A stretch of 64,000 nucleotides of DNA from Candidatus Caldarchaeum sp. (GCA_038831915.1 JAWBKB010000004.1:1-64000); one strand, 5' to 3'. Shown: positions 39,461 through 49,650, counted from the first letter of the stretch. Translations and numbers: made by a program. The notes: generated from the letters alone by a model not told the origin.

Positions 39461-42400
39461 ATCTCCGGCTCCTCCAACAAGATGCGAGGATGAATACACA
39501 TGCTCATCATTTCGTTGAGAAGTAGGTAGAACGCGTAGGACATCGAAACCGCTTTGACGCGGACGTCTCTACCATCAACAGGGCAGACAAACCTTTCCTG
39601 TTTCAAGTCGTAATAGCATGGAAGCCCGCATTTTTCGCAGAAATACGCATTATATTTATCGCTCTGTTCTAGCAGTCGGTCCAGCAAAAGGTATGACGCT
39701 CCGTAGGCGATGAGGCAGTCTCTTTCCATTTCTCCGAACTTTAATCCTCCGCCTCTCGACCTTCCTTCAGTGGGCTGCCGTGTGAGCATCTGAACTTGGC
39801 CACGGGAACGTGCGTGTATTTTGTCGCGGACAAGGTGATGCAGCCTCTGGTAGTAGACGACGCCAATGAATATCTCCGCTTCAAGCCGCTGACCCGTAAC
39901 ACCGTTGTAAAGAATTTCGCGGCCGTTGCTCTTGAACCCGAGGGCCTCAAGCTCCTTTCTTATCTCATCCAGTGTTTTACCGAGGAAAGGAGTGCCGTCC
40001 ACCATTTCAGCCTCTATGCTTCCAAGTTTTCCAGCAAGACTTTCGATAAGCTGTCCGATGGTCATTCGTGACGGAAACGCATGCGGGTCTATGAGGAGGT
40101 CGGGGACGATGCCGTCCTTGGAGTAAGGCATGTCTTCTTGAGGCAGAAGCATCCCGACAACTCCTTTCTGGCCGTGTCGCGAAGAGAATTTATCACCGAT
40201 TTCTGTGAAACATGTGGCCCTAACTTTAGCCTTCACGAGCAGGTTTCCGTCCGCGTTGGTCGTGATGAAGATGTTTTCGACGTTGCCTGTTTCCGAAGGC
40301 TGAACAGCTTCAGAAGAATCCCTCCAAACCATTTCACGAGTCGGAACCCTTTGATATTCTTCTAGGAAACGTGGAGGACTAATCATTCCGACGATTACAG
40401 TGCCGCCGGACACGTCTGATTCGATGGTTGCGAACCCGTCTTTGTCGAGTACTTTGTAGAACTGTTCGCCTCGGAATCCTCGGACAGATGGGTCTGGAAT
40501 AGTAAATTTATCTCTTTGACCGCCCGGTGTTTGACGGGCTTCCACTTCATAAATACGCCAGCTAAGAGAAAGGCCTAAACCTCTTTCGACTGAAGACCTA
40601 TTCAAAACCACGGCATCTTCCATGTTGTATCCCTGCCCAGTCAAAATAGCGACAACCATGTTCTGCCCTGAAGGTCTGGTGTCAAGCCCTATCAAATCGC
40701 ATGTTCGAGTTGTTACGATGGGTTTCTGCGGGTAAACCAGTAAATGGCTTCTCGAATCGGTTCGGAGAGCGTAGTTAGATGCGAAGACTCCGAGAGCCTG
40801 CTTGGCCATAGCGCCTTCATACACGTTTCGCGGAGACTGGTTGTGTTCGGCGTAGGGGATGATAGAAGCGGCGACTCCAAGCATTGCGAAAGGCGAAATG
40901 TCGAGATGGGTGTGTTCATTGGTGACCTTGTCTGGGGATATTGCGACCAACGCGTTCTCTTCCTCCTCAGCGTCCAAGTACTCTATGATTCCCAGGCTGA
41001 CCAAATCTCTGAACTTCGAAGTTTTTCTACGTATGAGTTCAACATGCTGTTTATGGAGGAGAGGCTGGCCGTTTTGAACAACGACTAGCGGCCGCCTAAC
41101 CCTTCCTTCATCAGTGTTTATAACGACTTCCTGAACATGCGGATAACTGTATAACGCGACGTTGATGTTATGGCTGATGAGGCCTTCTCTGCGTAGCTTG
41201 CGGATTTCATTAACAAGCATTTGTGCATTGTTATGATATCCTTCGAGAACACCGTCGACGAAAACTTTGACGTTCGGAGGTGTCCTGCGTTTCGCTATGA
41301 TGTCTGCGAGTGGAATGACGTTGAGCTGGAAGAGTTTGTCCAACAGGTCTTTCTTGTTCGCTTGGAACGAGACTTCAGCTGATAGGGCAAGGTTTTTGAC
41401 GAGTCCCGCGTTGCTGCCTTCAGGTGTTTCGCATGGACAGAGCCTGCCCCAATGCGTGCCGTGGAGGTCTCTCGCCTCGAAGTGTGGCTGGCCCCGGCTA
41501 AGTGGTGATTGAACTCTTCTGAGATGGCTAAGAGTCGCCAGGTAGTTGGTTCTGTTTAACAACTGTGTTACGCCGACTCTTCCACCGGGCCAGTTCCCGG
41601 TGGCAAGCGCATGCCGGACAAATTCAGAAACAATTCCATGTCTTACATACGTGGAAATTGATATGGGCTGACGTGTCGGAATGATTCTTTCAAGCTGATA
41701 TCTAAGGTCGCGTAAAAGTTTGACAAAGGCCATTCGATACAGCTCGGTGAGTAATCCGCTTTCAAGCTTTAGACGTTTGTTGGCGTAATGATCTCTGTCG
41801 TCGGGTTCTCTCAACCCAAGGCTTGCTTCGAGAACTCTCCCGATCATTTCACATAGATGGATGGCTTTCTTGATACGCGCAGACTTAGTCGTCCCGAGAT
41901 GGAGCAGAAACATCGTGTCGACAATCTGCTCCGCCTTCTCCAAACGATATTCCTCAGCGTAGCCGAAAGCGATCCGGCTTCCGATGTAGTCGAGAGCTTG
42001 CTCAACGGTTTCAACTCCTTCAGCTTCTCTAAAGCTGGGCTCCAGAAGTTCCTGGACTTCTTTGAGCGGTGAAACTAGGTTGGCGATATCCTGGTCTTTT
42101 GTCAATCCCAGGGCCCTCAACATGATGACTGCCGGTACGCCTTTGTAGATTCTTGAAAAATAGACTTTCACGGGGCTGTCCTTACGGTAACTCACTTCCA
42201 CTCTAACCTGTCTTCCATGAGCTGCTGAAAGAACCACTGCCGAATACTGTGGCTTCGAATCACCCTCTTTTTTTGTGACGATGATTCTGTTTGGGGCAAG
42301 GTCTTCGATGGCGACTATTACTCTTTCGGAGCCGTTGATGATAAAGTATCCTCCGGGGTCTCGGGGGTCTTCGCCATGGGCGAGAAGCTCGTCGTGCGAC

Positions 42401-42810
42401 ATTTTCGAAAGTGGGCAAATGTCTGACTTTACCATTACGGGCACAGTTCCAATCCAGACGTTTTCAGGAGGGGCGAGAGGCTTCCCGTCTAAGTAGATGC
42501 TCATCTTAACATACAGCGGAGCTTCGTAGGTAAGGTTCCGCAGCCTCGCCTCCCATGGATACAACGGCTGAGGGTTGGGCGCGTCAATTTCACGCTTGGT
42601 CGGAATGTCGACGGAAACCGTTCCGAACTTGACAACCACAGTTCCGTGTTTGGTCTTTATCTCGTATTCACCGATGGAATTTATCAGCTGCTGCAGCCCT
42701 TCTTTTATGAAATAGTTATAGGATTTGATGTGATGCTGGACGAGCCCTTCGTCCTCGAGGTTAGATTTGAAAACATCCCACAAATCATGTTGGTTGAGCT
42801 GTGGATTCAT
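39457..42810 (-). CDS. rpoB: RNA polymerase subunit B, unsplit
   Basis: GGYFIINGSE, GDKFSSRHGQKG, GLKFGEMERD. Confidence 0.98.
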   Translation of the reverse strand: MNPQLNQHDLWDVFKSNLEDEGLVQHHIKSYNYFIKEGLQQLINSIGEYEIKTKHGTVVVKFGTVSVDIPTKREIDAPNPQPLYPWEARLRNLTYEAPLYVKMSIYLDGKPLAPPENVWIGTVPVMVKSDICPLSKMSHDELLAHGEDPRDPGGYFIINGSERVIVAIEDLAPNRIIVTKKEGDSKPQYSAVVLSAAHGRQVRVEVSYRKDSPVKVYFSRIYKGVPAVIMLRALGLTKDQDIANLVSPLKEVQELLEPSFREAEGVETVEQALDYIGSRIAFGYAEEYRLEKAEQIVDTMFLLHLGTTKSARIKKAIHLCEMIGRVLEASLGLREPDDRDHYANKRLKLESGLLTELYRMAFVKLLRDLRYQLERIIPTRQPISISTYVRHGIVSEFVRHALATGNWPGGRVGVTQLLNRTNYLATLSHLRRVQSPLSRGQPHFEARDLHGTHWGRLCPCETPEGSNAGLVKNLALSAEVSFQANKKDLLDKLFQLNVIPLADIIAKRRTPPNVKVFVDGVLEGYHNNAQMLVNEIRKLRREGLISHNINVALYSYPHVQEVVINTDEGRVRRPLVVVQNGQPLLHKQHVELIRRKTSKFRDLVSLGIIEYLDAEEEENALVAISPDKVTNEHTHLDISPFAMLGVAASIIPYAEHNQSPRNVYEGAMAKQALGVFASNYALRTDSRSHLLVYPQKPIVTTRTCDLIGLDTRPSGQNMVVAILTGQGYNMEDAVVLNRSSVERGLGLSLSWRIYEVEARQTPGGQRDKFTIPDPSVRGFRGEQFYKVLDKDGFATIESDVSGGTVIVGMISPPRFLEEYQRVPTREMVWRDSSEAVQPSETGNVENIFITTNADGNLLVKAKVRATCFTEIGDKFSSRHGQKGVVGMLLPQEDMPYSKDGIVPDLLIDPHAFPSRMTIGQLIESLAGKLGSIEAEMVDGTPFLGKTLDEIRKELEALGFKSNGREILYNGVTGQRLEAEIFIGVVYYQRLHHLVRDKIHARSRGQVQMLTRQPTEGRSRGGGLKFGEMERDCLIAYGASYLLLDRLLEQSDKYNAYFCEKCGLPCYYDLKQERFVCPVDGRDVRVKAVSMSYAFYLLLNEMMSMCIHPRILLEEPEI

Positions 42811-42811
42811 G

Positions 42812-43078
42812 CTATGATTCACCCCATACAACTCTGTAATAAACCGCTTCGCCGGCTGTCTGAGACCTTCGAGTTATTTTGATGATGTCGCCGACTTTTG
42901 CCTTCAGCCTTTTCACCATCGGGTCTGACGGAAGAATGTACGGAAGCTTGTCACGGCTGACGCCGAGACGGGCTAATAGCTCATCGGCCTCACGCGGGGA
43001 CAAAACTTCATGCTTCGGAACCAACACATGCAGTGATATGTCTATTTCATGTTGTTTCTCGGCTTTTTCCTTTACCAT
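42812..43078 (-). CDS. rpoH: RNA polymerase subunit H (Rpo5)
   Basis: HVLVPKHEVL, LPYI, SQTAGEAVYYRVV. Confidence 0.97.
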   Translation of the reverse strand: MVKEKAEKQHEIDISLHVLVPKHEVLSPREADELLARLGVSRDKLPYILPSDPMVKRLKAKVGDIIKITRRSQTAGEAVYYRVVWGES

Positions 43079-43194
43079 GGCCTACACCAAAACAATTACG
43101 CTGTTTTCATACGTCTGAACACTCACTATTAAGTCTTGATTCAAATTTGAAACTTTCGCAACGCATAATTAATGGTTTACGTCTAGATAGGTGG

Positions 43195-43626
43195 ATGGTT
43201 GAACGCAGTTCTCGTCGAATACGTATCCTACTGGCGAAACCCGGGCTGGATGGACACGACCGGGGGTTGCTGATTTTGGCGCGGGCTTTCCGCGACGCAG
43301 GATTTGAGGTGGTTTACGGAGGCATTTTACGCAGTCCCGAAGAAGTGGTAGAAATAGCTGTCCAGGAAGATGTAGACGTGGTCGCTTTAAGCCTACACAA
43401 CGCAGACCATATACCTAATTTCATCAAAGTTGCACGGCTTCTGAAGGAGAAAGGAGCCCACGACATTTTAGTGGTTGGCGGCGGCATAATCCCACCTGAG
43501 CACAAACCCATTCTCGAAAAAGAAGGAATAACCGGAAATTTCGGCCCTGGCACACCTCTTCAAACCATCGTCGATCACATCTATGAAAGAGTAAAACGTG
43601 AAAAATGGGGAATCATTAAAACTTAG
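43195..43626 (+). CDS. Acyl-CoA mutase small (cobalamin-binding) subunit
   Basis: [10 protein letters not shown] (DxHxxG), QEDVDV, GGGIIP. Confidence 0.93.
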   Translation: MVERSSRRIRILLAKPGLDGHDRGLLILARAFRDAGFEVVYGGILRSPEEVVEIAVQEDVDVVALSLHNADHIPNFIKVARLLKEKGAHDILVVGGGIIPPEHKPILEKEGITGNFGPGTPLQTIVDHIYERVKREKWGIIKT

Positions 43627-45404
43627 ATGATCAAGGGTTCACGCCAAGTACCGAAAACTTCTCTGCCCACGTTCATTATCTCTTCGAGAGTCGCGTAGTT
43701 TTTCACAGCATCGATAATGTACGGCATGACGTTTGTCGCAGGGTTTTCGAAAGCTTTTCGAAGATTTTCCAGTGATTGTTGGACTTCTGAGTTGTCCCTG
43801 CTGTTTTTGACCTCGTTCAGCCGTTGAATTTGTTTTCTCGCAACGGATTCGTCAACTACGAGGTAGCTGATTTGCTTTTCCTCGGCGACAACGTATTTGT
43901 TAACTCCCACGACCACTTCTTCGCCCTTCTCGTAGGCTATCTGAGTCCTGTAAGCTGATTCATGTATTTCACGTTGGGGATATCCGGCTTTGATAGCCGC
44001 GAGCATTCCGCCAAGCTCGTCTATTTTCTCGAAATATTTCACAGCTTCCTCCACCATTTGCTGCGTAAGCCATTCGACGTAGTATGAGCCGGCGAGGGGG
44101 TCGATGGTGTCGGCCACACCCGTTTCTTCCGCGATGATTTGCTGTGTTCGCAACGCTATCATCACGGCTTCTTCTGTGGGAAGGGCCCATGCTTCGTCGT
44201 AGCTGTTCGTGTGCAGCGACTGTGTTCCTCCGAGAACAGCGGCCAACGCTTCGATGGTTGTCCTGACTATGTTGTTCAATGGCTGTTGCCATGTCAGAGA
44301 TGCTCCTGAAGTTTGTGTATGAAACCTCAAAGTTAACGACCTTGGATTCCGAGCTCCGTAATATTCTCTCAGAACCATGGCCCAAATTTTCCTTGCTGCC
44401 CGGAATTTTGCTATCTCTTCGAAGAAGTTCATGGTTGAGTTGAAGAAGAATGAAAAACGTGGAACGAATTCGTCGACTTTCATGCCGGCTACGATTCCTA
44501 GGTCTACGTATGTGAAGCCATCCATCAAAGTGAAGGCGAGTTCCTGCAACGCGGTGGCTCCTGCCTCACGTATGTGATAGCCGCTGATGCTGATGAAATG
44601 CCAGTTCGGCATATGTTGGGTGCAGTACTGCATCATGTCGCGAATGATTCGTAGATGTGCTTCCGGCGTGAACGCCCATTCCTTCTGCGCTATATACTCC
44701 TTTAAAATGTCTGTCTGCGTCGTGCCTCTCAGCTGTCGCTGGCTAACTCCCTGCTTTTCCGCTACGGCGATAAGCATGGCGAGCAGAACCGCGGCCGGCG
44801 CGTTAATCGTCATCGAAACACTTGCCGAGTTTAGCGGAATCCCGCTGAAAATTATTTCCATGTCTTTCAACGTGGCCACTGAGACTCCGCATTTTCCTAC
44901 TTCCCCTTCACTCCGCGGGTTGTCTGGGTCGTAACCATAGAGTGTCGGCATGTCGAAAGCGACGCTTAACCCTGTTTCACCGTGTTCAAGAAGAAATTTG
45001 AAACGTTTGTTTGTTTCCTCCGGTGTTCCAAACCCGGCGAACTGTCTCATAGTCCAAAGCTTTCCACGATACATGGTCGTGTAAACTCCACGCGTATACG
45101 GATACATGCCGGGATAACCCAGATCGAATTCATAGTCGAGCCAAGAAACGTCGAGCGGGGTGTATATCGGCTTGACTTCAAAACCGGAGGACGTTTTGAA
45201 GACCTTTTTCCGTTCATTCGAAACGGAAACCGCTTGGCTGTATTGTTTCGCCCAATCTGCAAACGATCGTTTAATTGTCTCCAAAGCTTCAACGTTGAAT
45301 AGAGATGTTTTACGGTGTTTTGTTTGGAATTCATGTATTTTTCGCCGCCAGTACGGTAGCCTTTTATTGCTGGCTTCAGAGAGATTATGGGAAATGTCGT
45401 CCAC
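43623..45404 (-). CDS. B12-dependent acyl-CoA mutase large subunit (isobutyryl-CoA mutase-type residues)
   Basis: [41 protein letters not shown]. Confidence 0.92.
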   Translation of the reverse strand: MDDISHNLSEASNKRLPYWRRKIHEFQTKHRKTSLFNVEALETIKRSFADWAKQYSQAVSVSNERKKVFKTSSGFEVKPIYTPLDVSWLDYEFDLGYPGMYPYTRGVYTTMYRGKLWTMRQFAGFGTPEETNKRFKFLLEHGETGLSVAFDMPTLYGYDPDNPRSEGEVGKCGVSVATLKDMEIIFSGIPLNSASVSMTINAPAAVLLAMLIAVAEKQGVSQRQLRGTTQTDILKEYIAQKEWAFTPEAHLRIIRDMMQYCTQHMPNWHFISISGYHIREAGATALQELAFTLMDGFTYVDLGIVAGMKVDEFVPRFSFFFNSTMNFFEEIAKFRAARKIWAMVLREYYGARNPRSLTLRFHTQTSGASLTWQQPLNNIVRTTIEALAAVLGGTQSLHTNSYDEAWALPTEEAVMIALRTQQIIAEETGVADTIDPLAGSYYVEWLTQQMVEEAVKYFEKIDELGGMLAAIKAGYPQREIHESAYRTQIAYEKGEEVVVGVNKYVVAEEKQISYLVVDESVARKQIQRLNEVKNSRDNSEVQQSLENLRKAFENPATNVMPYIIDAVKNYATLEEIMNVGREVFGTWREPLII

Positions 45405-45437
45405 GTATTGTATATACCGTTGCTCGGTTATAAGAAT

Positions 45438-46364
45438 TCAGTTTTTACGGAAAACGGTTCGGATGATTTTTAGGCTGGCACGGTATGGATTCTGCTCCTG
45501 TTCAGCTATTTTCGCGATAATCTGCTGGTTTTCTGGTTTTTGAAGCGCCGTTCGAACCTGTTCCTGGACGATGGTCTTGATTTCAGCGATCAACTGTGAT
45601 TTGCGACGTTTTTCGACTTCACCCGAAGCCCGAAGTTGCTGCCATGTATGAAGTATTGCATCGGCGAGCTCTTTCGCTCCTTCACCTGTCAATGCATTCG
45701 TTCTCAACACGGCGACGTGGTCTTTTCTTCGGTGCAGAAATGTTTCAAGCATTTTGGCTGTTAGCGATGACCTTGGGTCGTCTGATTTGTTGACAACGTA
45801 CAAGTCTCCTACTTCGAGCAGGCCTGCTTTGACTGCTTGAATGCTGTCGCCCATGTCTGATGTAACAACGACGACAACCAGGTCGACCGTTTCGTGAACC
45901 GCGACGTCGGTTTGTCCGGCTCCGGCTGTTTCGAGAATTATGATGTCGTAGCCGGCGGCGTCGAAGATGCGTAGAACTGGTTTCACAGGGAGCGCGATGC
46001 CTCCGCCTGCGCCGCGTGTCGCCATGCTGCGGATGAAAATTTGTTTGTCGGCCGGTAGATGCGTCATTCGCACTCTGTCGCCGAGGACGGAGCCTCCTGT
46101 GAATAGGCTGGAGGGGTCGACGGCGAGAACGGCTACGCTGAGCCCCGATTTTTTGAAATGTTCTAGTGTTTTTCCGATGAGAGTGCTTTTGCCTGAGCCG
46201 GGAGGGCCGATAAACCCAATCACGGGAACACCTCTTACCTTCGAAGAAATTTTAGTTACAAAATCCCATGCGTTGGGTGACAGAGATTCTACCAGGCTAA
46301 TCGACTTGGCCACAGCTTTGACGTCTCCAGCCAAAACCAGTTGAACAAGCTCGTCGACGTCCAA
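45438..46364 (-). CDS. meaB: MeaB/ArgK GTPase chaperone of B12 mutase
   Basis: GPPGSGKST, DPSSLFTGGSVLGDRVRM, ETAGAGQ, VVNKSD; TTG start at 46364 after GGAGTG. Confidence 0.92.
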   Translation of the reverse strand: MDVDELVQLVLAGDVKAVAKSISLVESLSPNAWDFVTKISSKVRGVPVIGFIGPPGSGKSTLIGKTLEHFKKSGLSVAVLAVDPSSLFTGGSVLGDRVRMTHLPADKQIFIRSMATRGAGGGIALPVKPVLRIFDAAGYDIIILETAGAGQTDVAVHETVDLVVVVVTSDMGDSIQAVKAGLLEVGDLYVVNKSDDPRSSLTAKMLETFLHRRKDHVAVLRTNALTGEGAKELADAILHTWQQLRASGEVEKRRKSQLIAEIKTIVQEQVRTALQKPENQQIIAKIAEQEQNPYRASLKIIRTVFRKN

Positions 46365-46410
46365 CCCACTCCTTTTACCCTGCAACAGATAATAACTTTC
46401 ACCGCACCAA

Positions 46411-46424
46411 ACAAAATTTAAATT
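46411..46424 (+). promoter_or_regulatory. BRE/TATA promoter of the tRNA half
   Basis: ACAAAA-TTTAAA with the TATA element about 26-31 nt upstream of the tRNA start. Confidence 0.6.
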
Positions 46425-46447
46425 GAAACCAGCCGACACCGATACAC

Positions 46448-46482
46448 GGGCCCATAGCTCAGCCAGGTTAGAGCGGCCGGCT
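46448..46482 (+). tRNA. tRNA 5' half only (Ile/Met-like body), truncated at the anticodon loop
   Basis: GGGCCCA TA GCTC AGCCAGGTTA GAGC G GCCGG CT covers the acceptor strand, D arm and 5' anticodon strand; no T arm found nearby. Confidence 0.75.
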
Positions 46483-47700
46483 ACGATATTATATTCTTTG
46501 ATGTGATGTTGTTCTTCTTTTTTCTCGGCTTTTTTCTTAATACTCTGTTGCGGTAGGGACATCTATCCCTGTTCTCGAACGTTTGATGGCATACACTGCA
46601 GAATGACTGTCCTCTGCTGTATTGTGGATGGATGCCTGAGGGTATGGAAGGAGATTCTTCATAGTCTTTATAGTTGAATCGTGGTGTTCCATCCTCAACC
46701 CACACATCTATCCTAATCTGTCTCCCGTCGTTAGCCTCGTAATGAGGCAGGTTTTTAAACATGCTGGGTATTCTAAGCCTAAAACCAGCCGATACATCGT
46801 ATCTTCCTTTAAAATCCTCCCCCTTACACAACCACCATGATACCATGTCTTCAGCATTTCGTGAAAGATGGTAATTTGCTCCAGTAAGCTGCACAAGGGT
46901 TACGGATACGTCTTAGACATGATTGAAACCCCAGTGGTCTAGGTCTGTTGTGCTGAAGGTTCTGAACTCCCTGACCATGACGTAGTCTAGGTCTGTTAAG
47001 AAGGTCATGGACCCTATCCTGCTTCCGTCATCGCCTTTGAAGACTGCTTTTATTCTAAGCTCGGCCTTAAGCCTTCCGACCGGAGAGTCCTGAGGAGGAT
47101 TGACACTCAGGTTGAAGTATGTGTCGAGGGGCTTGGGTAGACCCTGCCCCGTGCAGATTGCCAGAACCCTATAGGCCACTCATACCCCGACACCATAAGC
47201 TTTATGCTTGTTATGTTGAAGACACCCTGCTCGAAGTTCTTCAGCCTGACCAAACCCCATCCAGCTCCTCCAGCATGTATGTCTCCCTGCCAGCTGAGAA
47301 GGTCTGAGACAACCCTCCAAAACCCACCAGCCTCCCTCAAAAGACATACTGTGAAAACCTCTCCTATTGAGAACCTTCTCTCACCATGGGTAAACCTATA
47401 ACCGCTTCCAGTAATATAATAGGTGTAGTGCCATGCGTAGCCCTGTATCTCATCATAACCCGTCATGTTTATGACTGACGAGGCCCTGTGGCCTGGGTTA
47501 TCTAAGTTGACAGAGGCTCCTACTATGGGCTGCTGGTTAGAGCAGTCCAAAACCCTTACATAAAACTTACCGTATGGTGTTCCAGAAGGGGAAGTGGTGC
47601 CCGCACTGCAGCAACATAGTTGAGAGGCTGTACCAAGCCTATAGTGACAGGGTTGTGTTCATAATAGTGGCCGGGGGTATACAGGTTGTGTGAAGGCTAG
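46483..47700 (-). pseudogene. Fragmented hypothetical gene(s), possibly a surface protein (ORFs 47107-47550, 46913-47179, 46481-46894)
   Basis: Overlapping same-strand ORF pieces in different frames; beta-rich aromatic sequence; composition looks unlike the core genes. Confidence 0.5.
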
Positions 47701-48184
47701 TTGAAGCGGCTCAGGAGGCTGAGAAACATGATAGTGTCAATCATATAGTTTTAGACAACTGTTGTAATATCATGCCTATTTTTAGATAGCTGTCGAAGCA
47801 AAAATTGTCATGAAAACTCTACGGTGTTTCCTACGCTTCAACAGCCATTACTATGGGTTCTGCTGCTTTGGGCAAATTGGTGTTCGACGGCTGTCGTTCG
47901 TCTGAAACAACACCTGATTCACGTAAATTTCGGCTTTCTACACAGTGTTTTCTCCATGTGTTATGGTAGTACGTTTCGGAGAATTTTTGACATTTTGAAA
48001 CCCTGCCTAAATCCCTGAAGTTTCGCCTACCCACAGAGGTGGAGTGTAAAAATAATGACGCTTTACGTCAAACGTCTAAGCATAATCAGTACAACCTTAG
48101 CAAAACCTGTCACTGCTCTCCAGTGTTTCGCCTCCACAGTACATTTATCTGCTTAAATCCATGTGAGTTGAACAAACATGTAAT

Positions 48185-48340
48185 GAGCGGGACGATGGTC
48201 CCGTGATGGAAGACCTGAGGCCATCCCCTCCGGACGGGGAAGGGATGTGAAGGCTTAGGGTCGTCCCGCGAACACACATGGGAAAACTCCGCCAAAAACA
48301 AACCCTCACCCACACCCGCCGTAAAAGGCGGCCACCCCAT
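48185..48340 (+). ncRNA. Structured non-coding element (K-loop-like hairpin, nested stems, ACA tail)
   Basis: GCGGGACGA/TCGTCCCGC closing stem, CC-GTGATGG-AAGAC-CTGA-GG, CATCCC..GGGATG, then GAACACA; CCGCC-GTAAAA-GGCGG hairpin. Confidence 0.35.
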
Positions 48341-48362
48341 TCAGAGATATCGTGGGATGGCG

Positions 48363-49528
48363 GGGGAAAGTTTGGCTGGAACCAGTCCTTGGGACGGTTC
48401 GCTCGGACCGACAGGCGTGCAGTAGGGAGACAGACGATTAAGATAACATCCAGAAGATGATAGACGACGTCCTCCACATCCATTCCCAAACACCCCTCAA
48501 CATTTTCCCCGATGGGAGGGCCTTCCGCTGGAGAACGGTTCTTCAATACTCTGGCTGGAGGCTATGAAGAAATGACTACCCCGAAAAGAGGCTTATAAAC
48601 CTCTCGGGAGAGAAGTAAGAAGGTTCTTCGTTGATGTTCACACGTCTGCAAACGGTCGTAGAGGGAAGGCGCATCTTGTCTTCGACGGACATCAGTGTGT
48701 TAAGACGTCTCGTCTTGTGGATGTTCCCGCAGGTGAAGGTGATGAGGTCTACGTTGACGTCATACCTTCAACCATGTATGACGATGTTTCTACGCTTCTA
48801 AGCCGTGGAGTCAGGGTTTTCAGGCTGAGGAGAACAGACATCATAGCCGCTTACAGAGACAGGTTCTCACTACCGAAGAACGACGAAAACGACGCTAAAA
48901 TACTATCGATGGTTGAAGGCGAATGCTTCGTGGACGTTTCAGCAAAATACGTGGAACTGATGAAACTCTTAGAAGAATACAACAAACAACTCAACCTCCT
49001 AAAACTGTTGAAACAGTTCAAAACATCCGCAGAAGCTATAAAACCCATACGTAGAAACAAAAACAGGCTGGCACGACAGATAATAAGCATGGCAACGAAC
49101 ACAATAAGCATATACAGGCCTTTATGCGAGACTCTCGGTTTATCAGACGACTGTCTCTATGGAAAGGTTGCTCTAGCAGACCTCCTACTACACGTAGACT
49201 TCACGACTGGTCTGAGAAAAATCATCTGCTACACCGGACTCTACAAACCAAACAACCGCAAATACAACCATCGACTGAAACAGGCTGCCCACTCCCTTGC
49301 ATTAAGCCACTACAGGAAAAACAAGGTCAAAGCCAGACACATACGAAAACTCCTAAAAACAATCAAACAAACAATAGCTGGAGGCCCGGCCTGACAACGG
49401 GGAAAAACCAGATGAAGGCCGGGCAATAGAGCGCCAAACGCCATATAGGCGATACGCCAGGCAATTCACGGTTTTCATCCAGCTTCCCAGACGTTGCCAG
49501 ATGAAGGGCCTCCAGCCAAACTCTCCCC
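48363..49528 (+). mobile_element. IS110/IS1111-like element bounded by 18-bp inverted repeats (17/18 match)
   Basis: GGGGAAAGTTTGGCTGGA (48363-48380) versus TCCAGCCAAACTCTCCCC (49511-49528), enclosing an IS110-like ORF. Confidence 0.55.
48615..49394 (+). CDS. Compact IS110-family-like protein (RuvC-like DEDD domain plus shortened Tnp/Nop-like domain); start uncertain
   Basis: In-frame RRFFVDVH upstream of the called GTG (48717); VYVD, KNDENDA (KxDxxDA), GLRKIICYTGL, NHRLKQAA. Confidence 0.65.
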   Translation, partial: VRRFFVDVHTSANGRRGKAHLVFDGHQCVKTSRLVDVPAGEGDEVYVDVIPSTMYDDVSTLLSRGVRVFRLRRTDIIAAYRDRFSLPKNDENDAKILSMVEGECFVDVSAKYVELMKLLEEYNKQLNLLKLLKQFKTSAEAIKPIRRNKNRLARQIISMATNTISIYRPLCETLGLSDDCLYGKVALADLLLHVDFTTGLRKIICYTGLYKPNNRKYNHRLKQAAHSLALSHYRKNKVKARHIRKLLKTIKQTIAGGPA

Positions 49529-49650
49529 TCATTTTTCCCTTTCGGACATATTCTTATATAAGCGCCGTTGGCTTATTTAGCTAGGGGCTCTATTCCTGGA
49601 GTTGTTTGAACGTATTTAAATAACGGCGTTATAAATCGTGCGATAGAACC

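Noticed and set aside
7755-42810. Inteins in atpA, rpoA or rpoB
   Set aside because: Lengths are normal and no intein splice or LAGLIDADG motifs are present
43033-43194. N-terminal extension of the mutase small subunit
   Set aside because: Overlaps rpoH and the divergent promoter region
46365-46562. N-terminal extension of meaB
   Set aside because: Runs antisense through the tRNA half and its promoter; MeaB similarity starts at LDVDELV
48185-48480. RNase P or SRP RNA
   Set aside because: GGAAAACTCC only loosely resembles the RNase P P4 motif; no matching 3' P4 strand or SRP helix 8 motif seen
47824-48546. Short ORFs 47824-48018, 47831-48034(-), 48110-48340(-), 48145-48546(-), 48278-48460
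   Set aside because: No motifs; they overlap structured or decayed non-coding sequence
49380-49520. Bona fide TIGR or CRISPR array
   Set aside because: Few units, irregular spacing and no conserved repeat; kept only as a candidate guide-like RNA. No CRISPR array was seen anywhere in the window
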